From: Paraspadella gotoi
Taxonomy: Eukaryota > Animalia > Chaetognatha
Length of the DNA stretch: 63,997 nt
Direction of reading: 5' to 3'
Assembly (NCBI GenBank): GCA_051294375.1
Contig: CM119270.1
Location: 11,466,141-11,530,137 of the forward strand
Within the stretch, counting starts at the first letter, position 1, and the number at the start of each line of letters is the position of its first letter. This document shows positions 1 through 13,613 of the stretch, in pieces. The notes below the pieces were generated by a model. The model was not told the origin of the DNA, did not search any database, and was given only the letters and a program-made list of their open reading frames with translations. Made by a program: the position numbers and the translations under genes.

Positions 1-326
1 TCCTACCTTCTTATTTTCCATCATCCTTTTTTCCCCCATTTCTCTCTACGTAACGTTTTACTAAATGTTTCTACAAATTCTAGCTATTTTCATTTTGTCG
101 TCCCTCACCTGTAATTTCATCTGAACTAATTTTCCTTCTAAATTTGTTTTTCCTTTTTTTGTATCAAATTTAATTTGGTTGAGGAAAAAAAATTAGTGGA
201 GCAAAAAACAAAATTTCATGAAATCTAATCGAATGACTCGATTTCTCCCTCATCGGATTTCATTGGGTATTTTTTCTTATTTTTTCTTTCCTTTTTCCTT
301 CTTTTTCCTTCCCTTACCTTAACTTT

Positions 327-368
<42 letters not shown>

Positions 369-1618
369 CTCTCTTCCTCCTCTCTCTCTCTCTCTCTCTC
401 GGTAAAAATTCAATCACGCGAAGTGATATTAAATAAAATTGTTTGGCTTTTCAGAGGCGTCGTCGTCGAGGGGTCGTCGTCTTTCTCATCGTCGTCCCAC
501 GCCACCCCGAAATTCTGCGTCCTTGTGTTTTGATGTTGTTATTTCTGCTCCATTTTGGTCTCCGCGGTTTTTTTTTTTTTTTTTTTTTTAAGCCGAATTT
601 TTCCGGCGGCTTAAGCTTGTTGCTATCATTGTTTATGTTTGTGGTTTCGTCGACGTCATGGTCGTCGTCATCGTCGGCGACCTCTATAACGTTATCGTCG
701 TTTTTCGTCGTCGTCGTCCTCCTTTCAACATTACTGGGATTTTCTGATTTTAATGGAAAACAAAGTAGAACAGGGATTTCGGATAAAAAAAAATCTAAAA
801 AAAAAAAAAAAACGGATCCAGAAAAAACATTTTCATAAAACGCATTTAATCGTCGAAAAAATGAAATAAAAAAAAATTTCGTAAGCAGAAAAGGGGAAAT
901 GTAAAATTCTTGATGTTTCCTAAAATCTCATGTTATAGCGCGAATCTCAAAATCACTGGCTACAAACTTCTGACTCGCGTCAGAAAACGAGAGAAAGAAA
1001 AATATTGTGAATTATATTATATCTTAGTAGGTAGAAGAGAGAAGACGAATGTAAATGAGAATCTCTCTCACTCTCACTCTCTCTCTCTTAGGCGCGCGAG
1101 CACTCGCTCTCTGCGATACCAGTCGTTTCGTTCCGCCACATTTACTTTGTACAGTAAGTTTGGGCTAATTAGGATCTGGAATTTATTTGGCTTCGCTGAG
1201 AGAAGGGAAAGGAAATCGAATGAGAGAGAGAGAAGAGGGAGAGAGAGAGAGAGAGAAAGAGAAGCAGGCACCCTCCTCTCGTTGGCAAAGCGCGAACGGG
1301 TCAAAGCGCTAGAAAAGAGACTCAAGAAACGAGTGACAAATCGTGACGAGAAGGAGGAGAGAGGAAGAGGAAGAGAAGAGGAGCAAAATGCGGTTAAAAA
1401 AGGAAATGAGAACGAGGAGAAATTACATAGGATGGGACCACAACATGAGGTAAGGACCTGCCGGGTTGGGTGAGGTCGATTGGATAAACTCACCAAAAGG
1501 GAAGTGAAAAGAAAAAAGTAGGAATAAAGTGGAGAGAAAAGAAAGGAAAGTTCAGGAATGACAAAATAAAAATATTAGAAGAAAAAAGATAAGAATAAAA
1601 AAATCGGAGCCAAAAAGA

Positions 1619-1649
<31 letters not shown>

Positions 1650-1663
1650 TGAGAGAGGAGAGG

Positions 1664-1727
<64 letters not shown>

Positions 1728-1837
1728 GGAGAGAGAGAGAGAGAAGAGAGAAAAGCGTCGACCTCTTCTGTCACGAGAGGTGAATGGAATCAGGTTGTTC
1801 TCGCGACGACGGAAAGAAAAAGAGAGAGGAGAGAGAG

Positions 1838-1909
<72 letters not shown>

Positions 1910-2024
1910 GAAGAGAGACAAGCGAGGTCGAGGGACGAAAATTGGATGGTGGAAAAACCGAAACAGTTCGTTTTGTTCACCGTCTCGGTGATCGGGTCAT
2001 GTATGAATCGATTCGTTTTTTAAT

Positions 2025-2250
2025 CAATCATTCATTCATTCATTCATTCATTCTATCTATTCATTCATTAATCTATTCATTTCATTAATCTATTCATTCA
2101 TTAATCTATTCATTCATTAATCTATTCATTCATTAATCTATTCATTCATTCATTCCTCTATTTATTCATTTATCAATTAATTAATTTATTCATTCATCTA
2201 TTCATTCATTCATTTATCTATTCATTCATTTATTCATTCATTAATTCATT
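2025..2250. repeat. (ATTC)n / ATTCATTCATTAATCT satellite in HES intron (second copy at ~13160-13400)
   Basis: Visible tandem 4-mer and 16-mer units immediately after the Orange exon donor. Confidence 0.85.
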
Positions 2251-2257
2251 AACCTAC

Positions 2258-2464
2258 CGTGGTTAACCCCGATCTGCGACGTGACCGCCACGACGCTCTG
2301 GTTGATTCTCTCGCAGATGCTCATCCTCGCGCTCTCGTCCAAGTTGATGAGCTGCATATGCTGCTGCAGAGTTTGGTGCAAATGCTGCTGCAGCTGCTTG
2401 GCGCAGTCAACGAATCCGTTGAGGTAGAGTTTACGTTGGTTTTCGATCGACGAAAAGCTTTGGC
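2258..2464 (-). CDS. hes: HES copy A exon: Orange-like domain
   Basis: Same 207-nt exon and splice sites as 13407-13613. The + strand ORF 2259..2468 is its antisense shadow. Confidence 0.83.
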
Positions 2465-3970
2465 CTAAAAAAACAAAAGTTTTACGGTAATTGTTTTCAT
2501 CAATAATAAAATGTTAATTTTTTTAAAAATGACTTTGTTTAAATAAAAAATTCAAAATAAAGACGAAGAAGGAAAATATAAAGATAAAGTAGGAAAGATG
2601 AAAATAAAAAAAGACGACAATCCTCCAAAAAATATATGGAAGATAAAAATAAAATTTATGTCTCTCCGCGACCCTCGACAAAAATACGAGTTCAAAAAAA
2701 CGATATTTTTACTCTCGTTCCGAAAAGTGACATAATCAGACGGGGTTACAACGAAAGACAGGACATTACATGTTGTAAAACAACGGCGTTATAGATTACA
2801 TTTGTCAGGGATTGTCAACATTCGCTCTCTTATTCATGTTATTATTTACAACTCAATAAAAAATTACTACAACTGATGTGCGTTACATCCACTCGGTTAT
2901 TTATAGGTTTTCAGGTTTGCGCTCCAGATTATCGAGAGAACGTTCCGACCAGGGCAATAACAAAAGAGAAAAAAAAAGCGTAGAATCTGGAGATAGAAAA
3001 AAAAAAAGAATTGAGAGAAAATAATGAAAAAAAAGTGCGGAGGAGGAGGAGGGGAGAGAGGAGGAAAGAAAAAAAATAGAAGGCGAGAGATATTTTAGGA
3101 AACATTAAGGGAATGGAAAGGAAAGGAAGGGAGCGATTTCGTGTCTTTGTTCGGCGGAAGAAGAAAAAAAAAGGAATTTTGGAAGGAAAAGAGAATGGAT
3201 TCATAAAAATAAAGAAGTAGAATGGATTCGTAAAGATGTTAAATGTAAAAACTAGTTCATAACACGAGGAATAAATGACAAGTTCATCGCAACGAGAACA
3301 TTGACAGAATTTTAAAAGGCAGAATTGATTGGAAGGATTTCAAACTGTCGCTCAGCCAAACAAGACAAGAAACAGATTCTCAATTTTTTGGCTTATTTTT
3401 TTTCTTTTTGTGTGTGTGTGTTTTTTTTTTTATCACAACAAAAATTTGAAAGCAAAGAAGTCGTATTCCTCCATTTTTCAATAAAAGAAAAGAGAAGGCC
3501 GATTTAAAAAAAGTCTATAAATTCATTCTGTTGCTTCCAGTTTGGTTTCTTTTCCCCTATAATTCTCCTTATTTTATTCTCCTTCCTCCGCTTCCTCCTC
3601 CTCTTTTTTCTCTCATTCTTCCTCCCTGATTCTCTTTCATATTTCCCTCTAAAAATCTTCTTTCCCTCAGGGAAGCCATGTATCACTGCCATATCGTGAT
3701 CAGGTGGTGAAACTCAAAGAACGTCTTATCAATTACTCGTTCCAGAATGACGACCACGAAAAACCATGACAACAACGTCGACGACGACGACGACGACACC
3801 AAAGAGTGAGAAAGAAAAATGACGGGAAAAAAATTTTAATTATAAAGTTTTTTAATACGATCTAAAATTAAAATTACGTTCGAAGAACGGAAAGAGCGAA
3901 ATAAGAAACGACAAACGCAGGGAAAATTAAACAACGACAACAACGACAACAACAACTTTGTCACACTCAC

Positions 3971-4062
3971 TCATTGCCAGCGTCTGCTGCAGGTTCCCGA
4001 CGTATTTCACGCTCGCCTCCAAAATGTCCGCTTTTCCCTCACTTAATGTGATTCGGGTTTTG
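3971..4062 (-). CDS. hes: HES copy A exon: loop and helix 2 (frameshift and stop as assembled)
   Basis: Reads QNPNHIK* in one frame (ORF 4039..4338) and KADILEASVKYVGNLQQTLAM in another (ORF 3927..4283). Splice sites are the same as in copy B. Confidence 0.8.
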
Positions 4063-4666
4063 CTGTAAATTAAAAAAAAAGAGGGAAGGGCGTAAATTAA
4101 AGGAAGAGGAAGAGTGGGGGGGGGAGAGAGAGAGAGAGAGAGAGAGAGATAACGGGTTGACAAGGATGACGATGATAACGTTGACGACGACAACGAGCAC
4201 AAAAGGAAGAAGGAATCTGCATTTTTCACAAGATGACGCGGTTGTAGTCGTCGTCGTCGTCGTCGTCGTCGTCGTATCATCACACCCCGCCTTACCTTGG
4301 GCGATTTTTTTCCCCGAGTTTTGTTCGAGTTTGTACAAAGAGAGAAATAAAAAGTGATTAAATAAAGAAAAATGATGAAAGGGCGAAAAAAAGAAAAAAG
4401 GGTTAGAAAGAAAGATAGAGAGACATGAAGAGAAAAGAAAGAAAGAGAGAAAGATAATAGAAGAAAAAAGGAAAAAGAAAACGAGTAAAAAAAATTTTAA
4501 AAATCAAGAAAGTATCAGAGGATATAACGGCGAAAATATAAAATATAATACAAAATATAATCCAAACCAAAAAGTTGTATTAATTCAAAAGTAAAGTCTG
4601 AATTCCCCATCTCAATCACGCGCTCAGCAACACTGAATCTGATTCAGATTCACCGTCTGGACTCAC

Positions 4667-4762
4667 GTCTTTTCTCATCGAGTCGCAGATGAGATTCTTG
4701 AGTTGATTCAAGCAGTTGTTGATCCTCGCCCGTCGCTTCTTCTCCATCAAGGGTTTGTTGCC
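4667..4762 (-). CDS. hes: HES copy A exon: basic region and helix 1
   Basis: Encodes GNKPLMEKKRRARINNCLNQLKNLICDSMRKD with donor gtgagt at 4666-4661. The acceptor is shifted 1 nt relative to copy B. Confidence 0.85.
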
Positions 4763-6476
4763 CCTAGTAAGGGGGAAAAGGTGGGAGGGAAATCGATTTT
4801 AATTTTCAGAAAGCAATTTCGTAACTACGTATGAATACGTTTTAGTGACGTGACGCTCTTATTTCCTTTAGGACAACGATCCAGAAATAATAACAAAAAA
4901 TGTTGCCAAAAATATTTAATTGTTCAAGAAAACATTTCTGACTGCGGTTTCGACTAAAGTTTCCTTGAGTGAAATAAAAATCACAAAACACACTCACAAA
5001 AAAAAAAAAAAACCACACAAAACACAAACAAAACGAATTCAATCTTTGCGCCATCGAGTCGTCACCGTCGAATGTTTATGCATTTCCCGGTTTTTATAAA
5101 TAAAAAATATTGAAAAGGCTCCTCAACGGAGATTTTTCAAAAATAATAAAAAGGGGAAGCAGAAAAAAAAACAGCAAAGAATGAGTTTTGGGGATATTCC
5201 GAGGCCAGTGGACGATAAGAGAGAGGGACGACGTTGCCCACAACAAGAAAAAAAATATGAAAAAAGTGAACGTTAAAAAAGAGGGAGCGAGCGAAGGCGT
5301 AATACAAACCAAGAAAAATTGAGAAAGGGAGGGAGAGAGAGTGAGAGGAGAGGAAATAAAATAAGAGACATTTCGAAAATAAGCGCGAAGGAATTATAGG
5401 GAATTAAATGGGCGAGGAAATATAAATGGGAGAATTGCCAGCTGATGAATAACCGAATTTATATTGAGAAATGGAACAGAAAACATTTGACGAAGGGAGA
5501 GGGAGAGGGGGAAAGAGAGAGTGAAAGAGGAGAGAGAGAGAAGAAGGGAGAGAGAGAGAGAGAGAGAGAGAGGGAATAAGGAAAAGAGAGAAAAAAGGCG
5601 CTTTATAGATAGGAAACGAGGGAGCGAATGATTGAGGCAAGGCTTTCTGGCCAAGATTAAACGAAGACATAATGGGCTCCATAAAAAAGAGGCCCTGCAA
5701 CTATTGAACAATGAAAAAAGAAGAGGAAAAGAAAGAAAAATGGAAAAAAAAGAGACGGAAAAACACGAAGCGGAGGTGAAGAGGAAGTAATCGATTAGGT
5801 TTTTTCTTTTTTCTTTTCTATAATATCTATAGCTTAAAAGGAAAGAAAGAGAGAAAATGGGAGAGAGAGGAAAAAAGGAAAGAGACAACTAAAGTAAGTT
5901 GATATCGACTTAAAGTGAAAACGGTAGGAGAGAGGAGTAGGGCGAGAGAGTTTAAGAGAGTGAGCGAGATATTAATCGGTCGGTGTCTTGTCCCGATCCG
6001 AACGCACGAGCCTGACTATTGTTTCTTCTCTCTCTCTTTGATCAGCTGCAGCATTAATCAGGGGCATTAGAGATAACGAAAAAAAAACAAAGAAAAGCGA
6101 AAAAAGAAAGAAAAAAAAACAAAAAAAAGAAGAAAAAAAAAGAGAAAATCAGAAAAGAAAAAAGGAAAAGAAAAACGAAATAAGCGAATCCGAAATCCGG
6201 TCATCGCCACGAAGACGTGATGAATGGACGGAACCGCGGGATCGAGCCTTTTTTTTTTCGATCTCCTTTCCTTTTTTCCTTTTCCCCTTTCCCTTTTTCC
6301 CTTTTTCCCTTTTTTGTTCTCTTTTTTCCTTTCTTTCCTTTTTGCTTTTCTTTATTTTTCTGTCCTTTCAATGGGGAAGAATCATTAAACCTCATCCCGT
6401 TATCTGTTGAGGACTTTTCATCGGTCGGTCCTGACCTTAGGCTGGAGGAGAGAGAGAGAGAGAAGAGAGAGAGAGA

Positions 6477-6550
<74 letters not shown>

Positions 6551-7116
6551 AATATTCATATGTGAGATACGGTCCAACGAATATATTTAAGGGAAATAAG
6601 GAAAAAAGGAAAGAAGTAAAAGGAATCGCCGACGTCTGAGACGGCGGCGGCGGCGGCTTATCCAAGCGGACGGGATTTCCGCGCCAAAGAACCGAAGAAA
6701 AACAATAACAAAAACGCCAGAAAAAAACAGAAACGACAAAAAAGCGTAAAAAAAAAACAAAAAGACTATGATTGGCATAAGATCAGATATTAAAAACCTC
6801 ATCTTAAATCGTTATGACGAAGTGAGAGAGGAGAGAGATACAACTTTCTTTAAGCTTTAAGTGTAGAGTTGCAAATGTTGCTTTTAACAGAGAAAAAACT
6901 GTTTTCAAGAATTGCAAAGGGATTTTGAACATTTTTTGGGGGAGGAAAAAAAATTTTCCAAACGTTTGACGGCTAAAAAAGGCGACGAATATAGAATATC
7001 TTTATCCATTTATGCTAATGTATGTTGACTTGAAATCTTGTTTGTCGAAAAGGGAGAGAAGGAGAAAATAAAGAGAGAAGAGAAGAGAAAGAGAGAGAGA
7101 GAGAGAGGAGAGAAGT

Positions 7117-7170
<54 letters not shown>

Positions 7171-7474
7171 AGAGAGAGAGAGTTTTTATGTCACCCGCTG
7201 CTGCACTGAGGGAGTTTTGGGCAGAGGAAGAGAGTCAAGAATTAGGAAAGAAAAAATGTGTGGAAAAACTCTTCTCACTTTCTCCTTCTCTCGTCTCCCT
7301 CTCTATCTCGCTCGCTCTTTTGATCCTTTTCCCCTTTTCTGATTTTCTGAAGCGGAGAGAGCAATATTCCTATTCAAAGGCTCATCCATTCACGGCGGGT
7401 TCAGAGAACTTACTTAAATTGCATCCACTAAATAAATAGCTTATCTCTCTTCCTCTTCCTCCTCCGCCCCTTCG

Positions 7475-7546
<72 letters not shown>

Positions 7547-9619
7547 CAGAGGGGGGAGATTAAATCCCGTTTCTTTTCACCGCGCCTTTGATGATCAGTC
7601 AGCTTTAAGTTTAGTTATTTCCCTCCTCTGGCCGAAAAATAAACCTCCGGCTTTTGTAGAAGACTTGCAATCAGAGCGGCGGGCATTGACTTTGCTTTTC
7701 TTCTTTCTCTTTCTCTCTTTATTCCTTTCTTTGCTCGCATCACTATCTTTTATTAATTTTAATCCGCGACAATAATCCGAGGGATCGCGGATATTCGTTG
7801 GATGCATCCCTATAATATCTTTTTAACGGGCAGCACGGGGTATGTGAAAAGAATTTTATGAAGGTATTTAAAATACGTAATACGTAAGACTGAGTTTCCT
7901 TTTGTCTATGGTATGTGCTCCTATTTTATCTGTCAACGATATTAAAATTAAATTTGGGGATTTTTGAAAATATTTTTGTCCTTTTTCAAAGATTTGTTCG
8001 ACTTATCTTTTCGGCTGTTCCCACGTTGCTCTTTCTGTCAATTGAAATTCGCCCATTTTACACGGTTTATATTTTTTTCCATATAGCTATATATATAAAT
8101 ATAAACACAAAAACGTAAGTATCTGAGAAAGAATCGTCACAAACCCGTCTCGCAATCAGCAATCCCAGTCACATCGTTTCCTTTTCGCTCCAATTCTTTT
8201 TGTTTAGATATTTTTTCTTGAAATGCATCTCAAAGCGAAAGAATCTGACATAAAACGAAATCGTCGAATATATCACGATTCGATATCAAGAAAAAAAATC
8301 TGAATTTCCTCTTCCTTCATCTTTCTCTCTCTTTCTCTCTCTCATCCATCCTCTTTTTCTCTCTCTTTCTCCTCTCGCTTCTCCTCTCTTTCCTCTCTTC
8401 TCTTCTCTCTCTCCTCTCTCTCTTCTTGATTTCGTTTCTCTAAACTGGGAATCATTTATTCCGCGCTCTGCCACGCGTCGGCGCAGACGCATTTACAGTC
8501 AAAACCAAACGCAAAATGACGTTATGAATTATCGCGGTACAGTTCGTCACGCGTTTAGCGAAGCGACAGGCCCCTGGCGATCCTCGTTATTTTTATTCAG
8601 CGGAAAAAAATAACAAGCAATTTCTCTTTCTGATGTAATTTCTTCTGTCTTTCAGATTCCTTTATTTTTTCTTGTCGCTCGAAATCTGTGGCTTATGGGA
8701 GGAGGGGGGCTACAGCTGGCGGCTATTCTTTTTATCAGTCTGAACTATCCTTCCGCGCCCTAAGCTATGATTTTTTTATTAGCGTGAACTATTCTTTTGA
8801 CCCCAACTATTTCTTTTTTTTTTGCCAGCCTCGAGGTATAGTCTGTTTTCGAGCTCAAGCCCATTTTTTCCCTGATGGCCCCGGGCCTGGATCCGGTATT
8901 TTTTTTCTAGGCTTGATTGTCTTCTTTTCGTGATCAGAAGAAGAAGCCTCACGATTTCTAAGAAATGAGAATTCTCGGGGAGAAAAGAAAACAAACATTC
9001 GGTGTTGGAAAAAGATTAAAGTCAACATCGATTAGAGAAGAAACAAACGTGGGAAGGAAAGAGACGAGATTGCGGTCAATTTCGATCTTCGTTGCAAGAA
9101 AACGACGGTTGTTTGTTATATTTGGTGCAATTGCGATTTCTTTTGGCCATTGCTGTCGACCGGAGCGAGTTTTCGAATGTTTGAAAATTGACTCTTTTTA
9201 AATTTTTATTGTTTTTATACTCTGTTTAAAGAGAGAAGAGCAGAAAAATTGTAGAGAGATAGAAGAGAGAGAGAGAGATAAAGGGGGAGAGAATAATTTC
9301 AAAAAAATGATTCCATATTCTCGAGTCAGAATCTCTCGTCGGTTATAAACAGTTGGTCCGGAAATTCTGTTGTTAATCAATCTCTGCCTTTGTTTGGTAT
9401 CCTTGTTTCTCCATTTTTTCTCTTTCTGTCCTTTCTCACTCCTACTATGTTTCTCTCTCTCTCTTCTCATCCCTTTGTTTTTCCATCCCTCGATTGTTTT
9501 TTTCTGGCGTCCATCGTGTTTTTGACAGGTTGTCTGACAGTCGGAGTTCCAATGACAACCTTCACCCTGACGCGGGCATCAAATCTCGGAAAAACGTGGA
9601 CGTCGCTGACGTTTTCGAG

Positions 9620-9900
9620 AACTAAAACCCTGCACCTCAAACCAAAAATCTCACCTAAACCAATTGGCACCTTCAAACCAAAATCCTGGCACTCAAACCA
9701 AACCTGGCACCTCAAACCAAAACACTGGCCCCTGAAACGGCAAAAACAACTGGCCTCAACGAAAACACTGCCCCTCAAACCAAAACCCTAGACCCTCAAC
9801 CAAAACCCTAGCCCCTCAACCCAAAAACCTGGCACCTAAAACCGAAACCATGGCATCTAAAAACAAAAAGCTTGGACCCTCAAACCAAAACCTTGGCGCC
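9620..9900 (+). repeat. ~21-bp minisatellite (CCTGGCACCTCAAACCAAAAY), copy A
   Basis: About a dozen degenerate tandem units ending just before the duplication breakpoint at 9907. Confidence 0.85.
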
Positions 9901-9990
9901 TTAACAAGACGCTTGAAATCCTCCAAAAATCAACGGCGAAAAAATCACGTACACTTTTTTTAAAACTCGTGAGAAGCAAGCGACACTAAT

Positions 9991-10038
9991 GGCGCCGCCG
10001 ACGCGGCCAACGCCGCCAACGCCGCCGACGCCGCCAAC
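9991..10038 (+). repeat. 9-bp GC-rich tandem repeat (ACGCCGCCR)
   Basis: ggcgccgccg acgcggcca acgccgcca acgccgccg acgccgcca acg. Confidence 0.7.
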
Positions 10039-11481
10039 GGGTAATAGAACCAACGACGCCGTTGGCGACGCAAAACGCGCCTCAGTTCATCTCTGCGCAG
10101 TTGGTGTCAGAAAAGAGGTCGTGACTTTGACACCCGAGACGAATTCCGTGTCGATGTCGCGTCGCCTTTTCAGATATGACATCGAAGTCAATTAGGCGGA
10201 TTTCTGAGAAATGAGACGAGGACTCAGACAGGTGAAACGATACCGTACCGACCGAGAAATAAAATGCTATTATAAAGAATTCAAGCTGTATTCAAAGTAG
10301 AACTAGTATTCAGAACGATGTTCAGTATTCGAACCATTTGTTTCAATTAATTGTGCTCTATAATCAGACGCATAAGACGACTCACAATTCAGTCCAGTTT
10401 CAGTGTAATACTTGAAATTCAGGACTGTCTCTATGAGCGACCTAAAAAGCTTAAAAATTCAATTCGCTTCTGGGCGAAAATGGGGAAAACCAGTGGCTGC
10501 GCCAAAACATGTAAATCACTTTCAAGGGCTTAAACAAAGCTGTTACTAAAGCACTAAAAGCATTTCGGTACTTGCAAAAATATGTTATAAATCAAAACAA
10601 TATTATTTTTGTTTTGATATATGATATTCGATCAAAATGCTTTGATCAAGACATAGAATAAGAAATAGAATAAAATAAAATATAATATAAAAAATATTTG
10701 TTAAAAAAAATATTAAAAAATACTTAAACTAAAATTGATTGCCATTTTGTTTTTCAAAATGCTCATTTGTTTGTAAAGCCATCTGGTTTATTGAGACTAA
10801 AACAGGCAAAAATTTGCTATTTTGTTGAAAAGCAGGTACAAGTAAAGATCTAGTGGGTGCAGACAGAAGAGCAAATTTTTATAGAATGTAAAGGTAAATT
10901 GCTCATATTAAAGAAAGTAAGAGATAAAGTAGACATAGGAGAAAAAATATTAACGGAAAAAAAAAGAAAAAAAAAAGAATTGTACAAATTTAGGGGGTAC
11001 AAAAATTTAACCGTCCCTATTTTGGTCTTCGCCGAAAAATTTTCTCGGCTGAAGGAGAGAGATGTTTGTAGTCTCAGCTGTTTTCGCCTTATTTTGTTTT
11101 GAAAAATGTCTCCCTCTCACTATCTTTTTCGTCTCATCTTTAAATCGCTTCCTACCTTCTTATTTTCCATCATCCTTTTTTTCCCCATTTCTCTCTACTT
11201 AACGTTTTACTAAATGTTTCTACAAATTCTAGCTATTTTCATTTTGTCGTCCCTCACCTGTAATTTCATCTGAACTAATTTTCCTTCTAAATTTGTTTTT
11301 CCTTTTTTTGTATCAAATTTAATTTGGTTGAGGAAAAAAAATTAGTGGAGCAAAAAACAAAATTTCATTGAAATCTAATCGAATGACTCGATTTCTCCTC
11401 ATCGGATTTCATTGGGTATTTTTCTTATTTTTTCTTATTTTTTTTCTTTCTCTTTTTCCTTCTTTTTCCTTCCCTTACCTT

Positions 11482-11551
<70 letters not shown>

Positions 11552-12757
11552 AAAATTCATCACGCGAAGTGATATTAAATAAAATTGTTTGGCTTTCAGA
11601 GGCGTCGTCTCGAGGGGGTCGTCGTCTTTCTCATCGTCGTCGCCACGCCACCCCGAAATTCTGCGTCCTTGTGTTTTGATGTTGTTATTTCTGCTCCATT
11701 TTGGTCTCCGCGGTTTTTTTTTTTTTTTTTCTTTAAGCCGAATTTTTTCCGGCGGCTTAAGCTTGTTGCTATCATTGTTTATGTTTGTGGTTTCGTCGAC
11801 GTCATGGTCGTCGTCATCGTCGGCGACCTCTATAACGTTATCGTCGTTTTCGTCGTCGTCGTCCTCCTTTCAACATTACTGGGATTTTCTGATTTTAATG
11901 GAAAACAAAGTAGAACAGGGATTTCGGATAAAAAAAAATCTAAAAAAAAAAAAAAACGGATCCAAGAAAAAACATTTTCATAAAACGCATTTATCGTCGA
12001 AAAAATGAAATAAAAAAAAATTCGTAAGCAGAAAAGGGGAAATGTAAAATTCTTGATGTTTCCTAAAATCTCATGTTATAGCGCGAATCTCAAAAATCAC
12101 TGGCTACAAACTCTGACTCGCGTCAGAAAACGAGAGAAAGAAAAATATTGTGAATTATATTATATCTTAGTAGGTAGAAGAGAGAAGACGAATGTAAATG
12201 AGAATCTCTCTCACTCTCACTCTCTCTCTCTTAGGCGCGCGAGCACTCGCTCTCTGCGATACCAGTCGTTCCGTTCCGCCACATTTACTTTGTACAGTAA
12301 GTTTGGGCTAATTAGGATCTGGAATTTATTTGGCTTCGCTGAGAGAAGGGAAAGGAAATCGAATGAGAGAGAGAGAGAGGGAGAGAGAGAGAGAGAGAAA
12401 GAGAAGCAGGCACCCTCCTCTCGTTGGCAAAGCGCGAACGGGTCAAAGCGCTAGAAAAGAGACTCAAGAAACGAGTGACAAATCGTGACGAGAAGGAGGA
12501 GAGAGGAAGAGGAAGAAGAAGAGGAGCAAAATGCGGTTAAAAAAGGAAATGAGAACGAGGAGAAATTACATAGGATGGGACCACAACATGAGGTAAGGAC
12601 CTGCCGGGTTGGGTGAGGTCGATTGGATAAACTCACCAAAAGGAAAGTGAAAAGAAAAAAGTAGGAAAATAAAGTGAGCAGAAAAGAAAGGAAAGTTCAG
12701 GAATGACAAAATAAAAATATTAGAAGAAAAAAATAAGGAATAAAAAAATCGGAGCCG

Positions 12758-12876
<119 letters not shown>

Positions 12877-12940
12877 AAAGCGTCGACCTCTTCTGTCACG
12901 AGAGGTGAATGGAATCAGGTTGTCTCGCGACGACGGAAAG

Positions 12941-13040
<100 letters not shown>

Positions 13041-13406
13041 AATGAAGAGAGACAAGCGAGGTCGAGGGACGAAAATTGGATGGTGGAAAAACCGAAACAG
13101 TTCGTTTTGTTCACCGTCTCGGTGATCGGGTCATGTATGAATCGATTCGTTTTTTTAATCAATCATTCATTCATTCATTCATTCATTCATTTATCTATTC
13201 ATTCATTAATCTATTCATTCATTAATCTATTCATTCATTAATCTATTCATTCATTAATCTATTCATTCATTAATCTATTCATTCATCTATTCATTCATTC
13301 ATTCCTCTATTTATTCATTTATCAATTAATTAATTTATTCATTCATCTATTCATTCATTCATTTATCTATTCATTCATTTATTCATTCATTAATTCATTA
13401 ACCTAC

Positions 13407-13613
13407 CGTGGTTAACCCCGATCTGCGACGTGACCGCCACGACGCTCTGGTTGATTCTCTCGCAGATGCTCATCCTCGCGCTCTCGTCCAAGTTGATGAG
13501 CTGCATATGCTGCTGCAGAGTTTGGTGCAAATGCTGCTGCAGCTGCTTGGCGCAGTCAACGAATCCGTTGAGGTAGAGTTTACGTTGGTTTTCGATCGAC
13601 GAAAAGCTTTGGC
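13407..13613 (-). CDS. hes: HES copy B exon: Orange-like domain (207 nt, phase 1/1)
   Basis: Acceptor ttttgtttttttag|GC and donor CAC G|gtaggt. It is in phase with the previous exon and encodes RKLYLNGFVDCAKQLQQHL. Confidence 0.85.

Larger units (their letters stand above)
2258..4763 (-). pseudogene. hes: HES copy A: same three exons, with two 1-nt lesions as assembled (pseudogene or consensus errors)
   Basis: Exons are 4763/4762-4667, 4062-3971 and 2464-2258. The basic-exon acceptor reads ttactag|GGGC (97 nt vs 96 in copy B). The helix-2 exon reads AAG TGA GGG AAA AG instead of AAG TGG GAA AAA G, giving an in-frame TGA at 4039-4041 and 92 nt vs 91. The Orange exon is intact. Confidence 0.6.
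1..9907 (+). repeat. direct segmental duplication, copy A (extends left of the window)
   Basis: Position 1 (tcctaccttcttattttcc) recurs at 11150. The copies are colinear and near-identical up to cttggcgccttaacaa (9907 vs 20996). Differences are mostly homopolymer and microsatellite indels. Confidence 0.95.

Noticed and set aside
2259-2468. + strand 69-aa ORF MVNPDLRRDRH... (also 13408..13617)
   Set aside because: It is the antisense shadow of the HES Orange exon, which has proper splice sites on the minus strand.
11631-11660. Minus-strand GVAWRRR* as a degenerate WRPW tail
   Set aside because: There is an in-frame TAA shortly upstream, no usable acceptor, and copy A lacks the frame.
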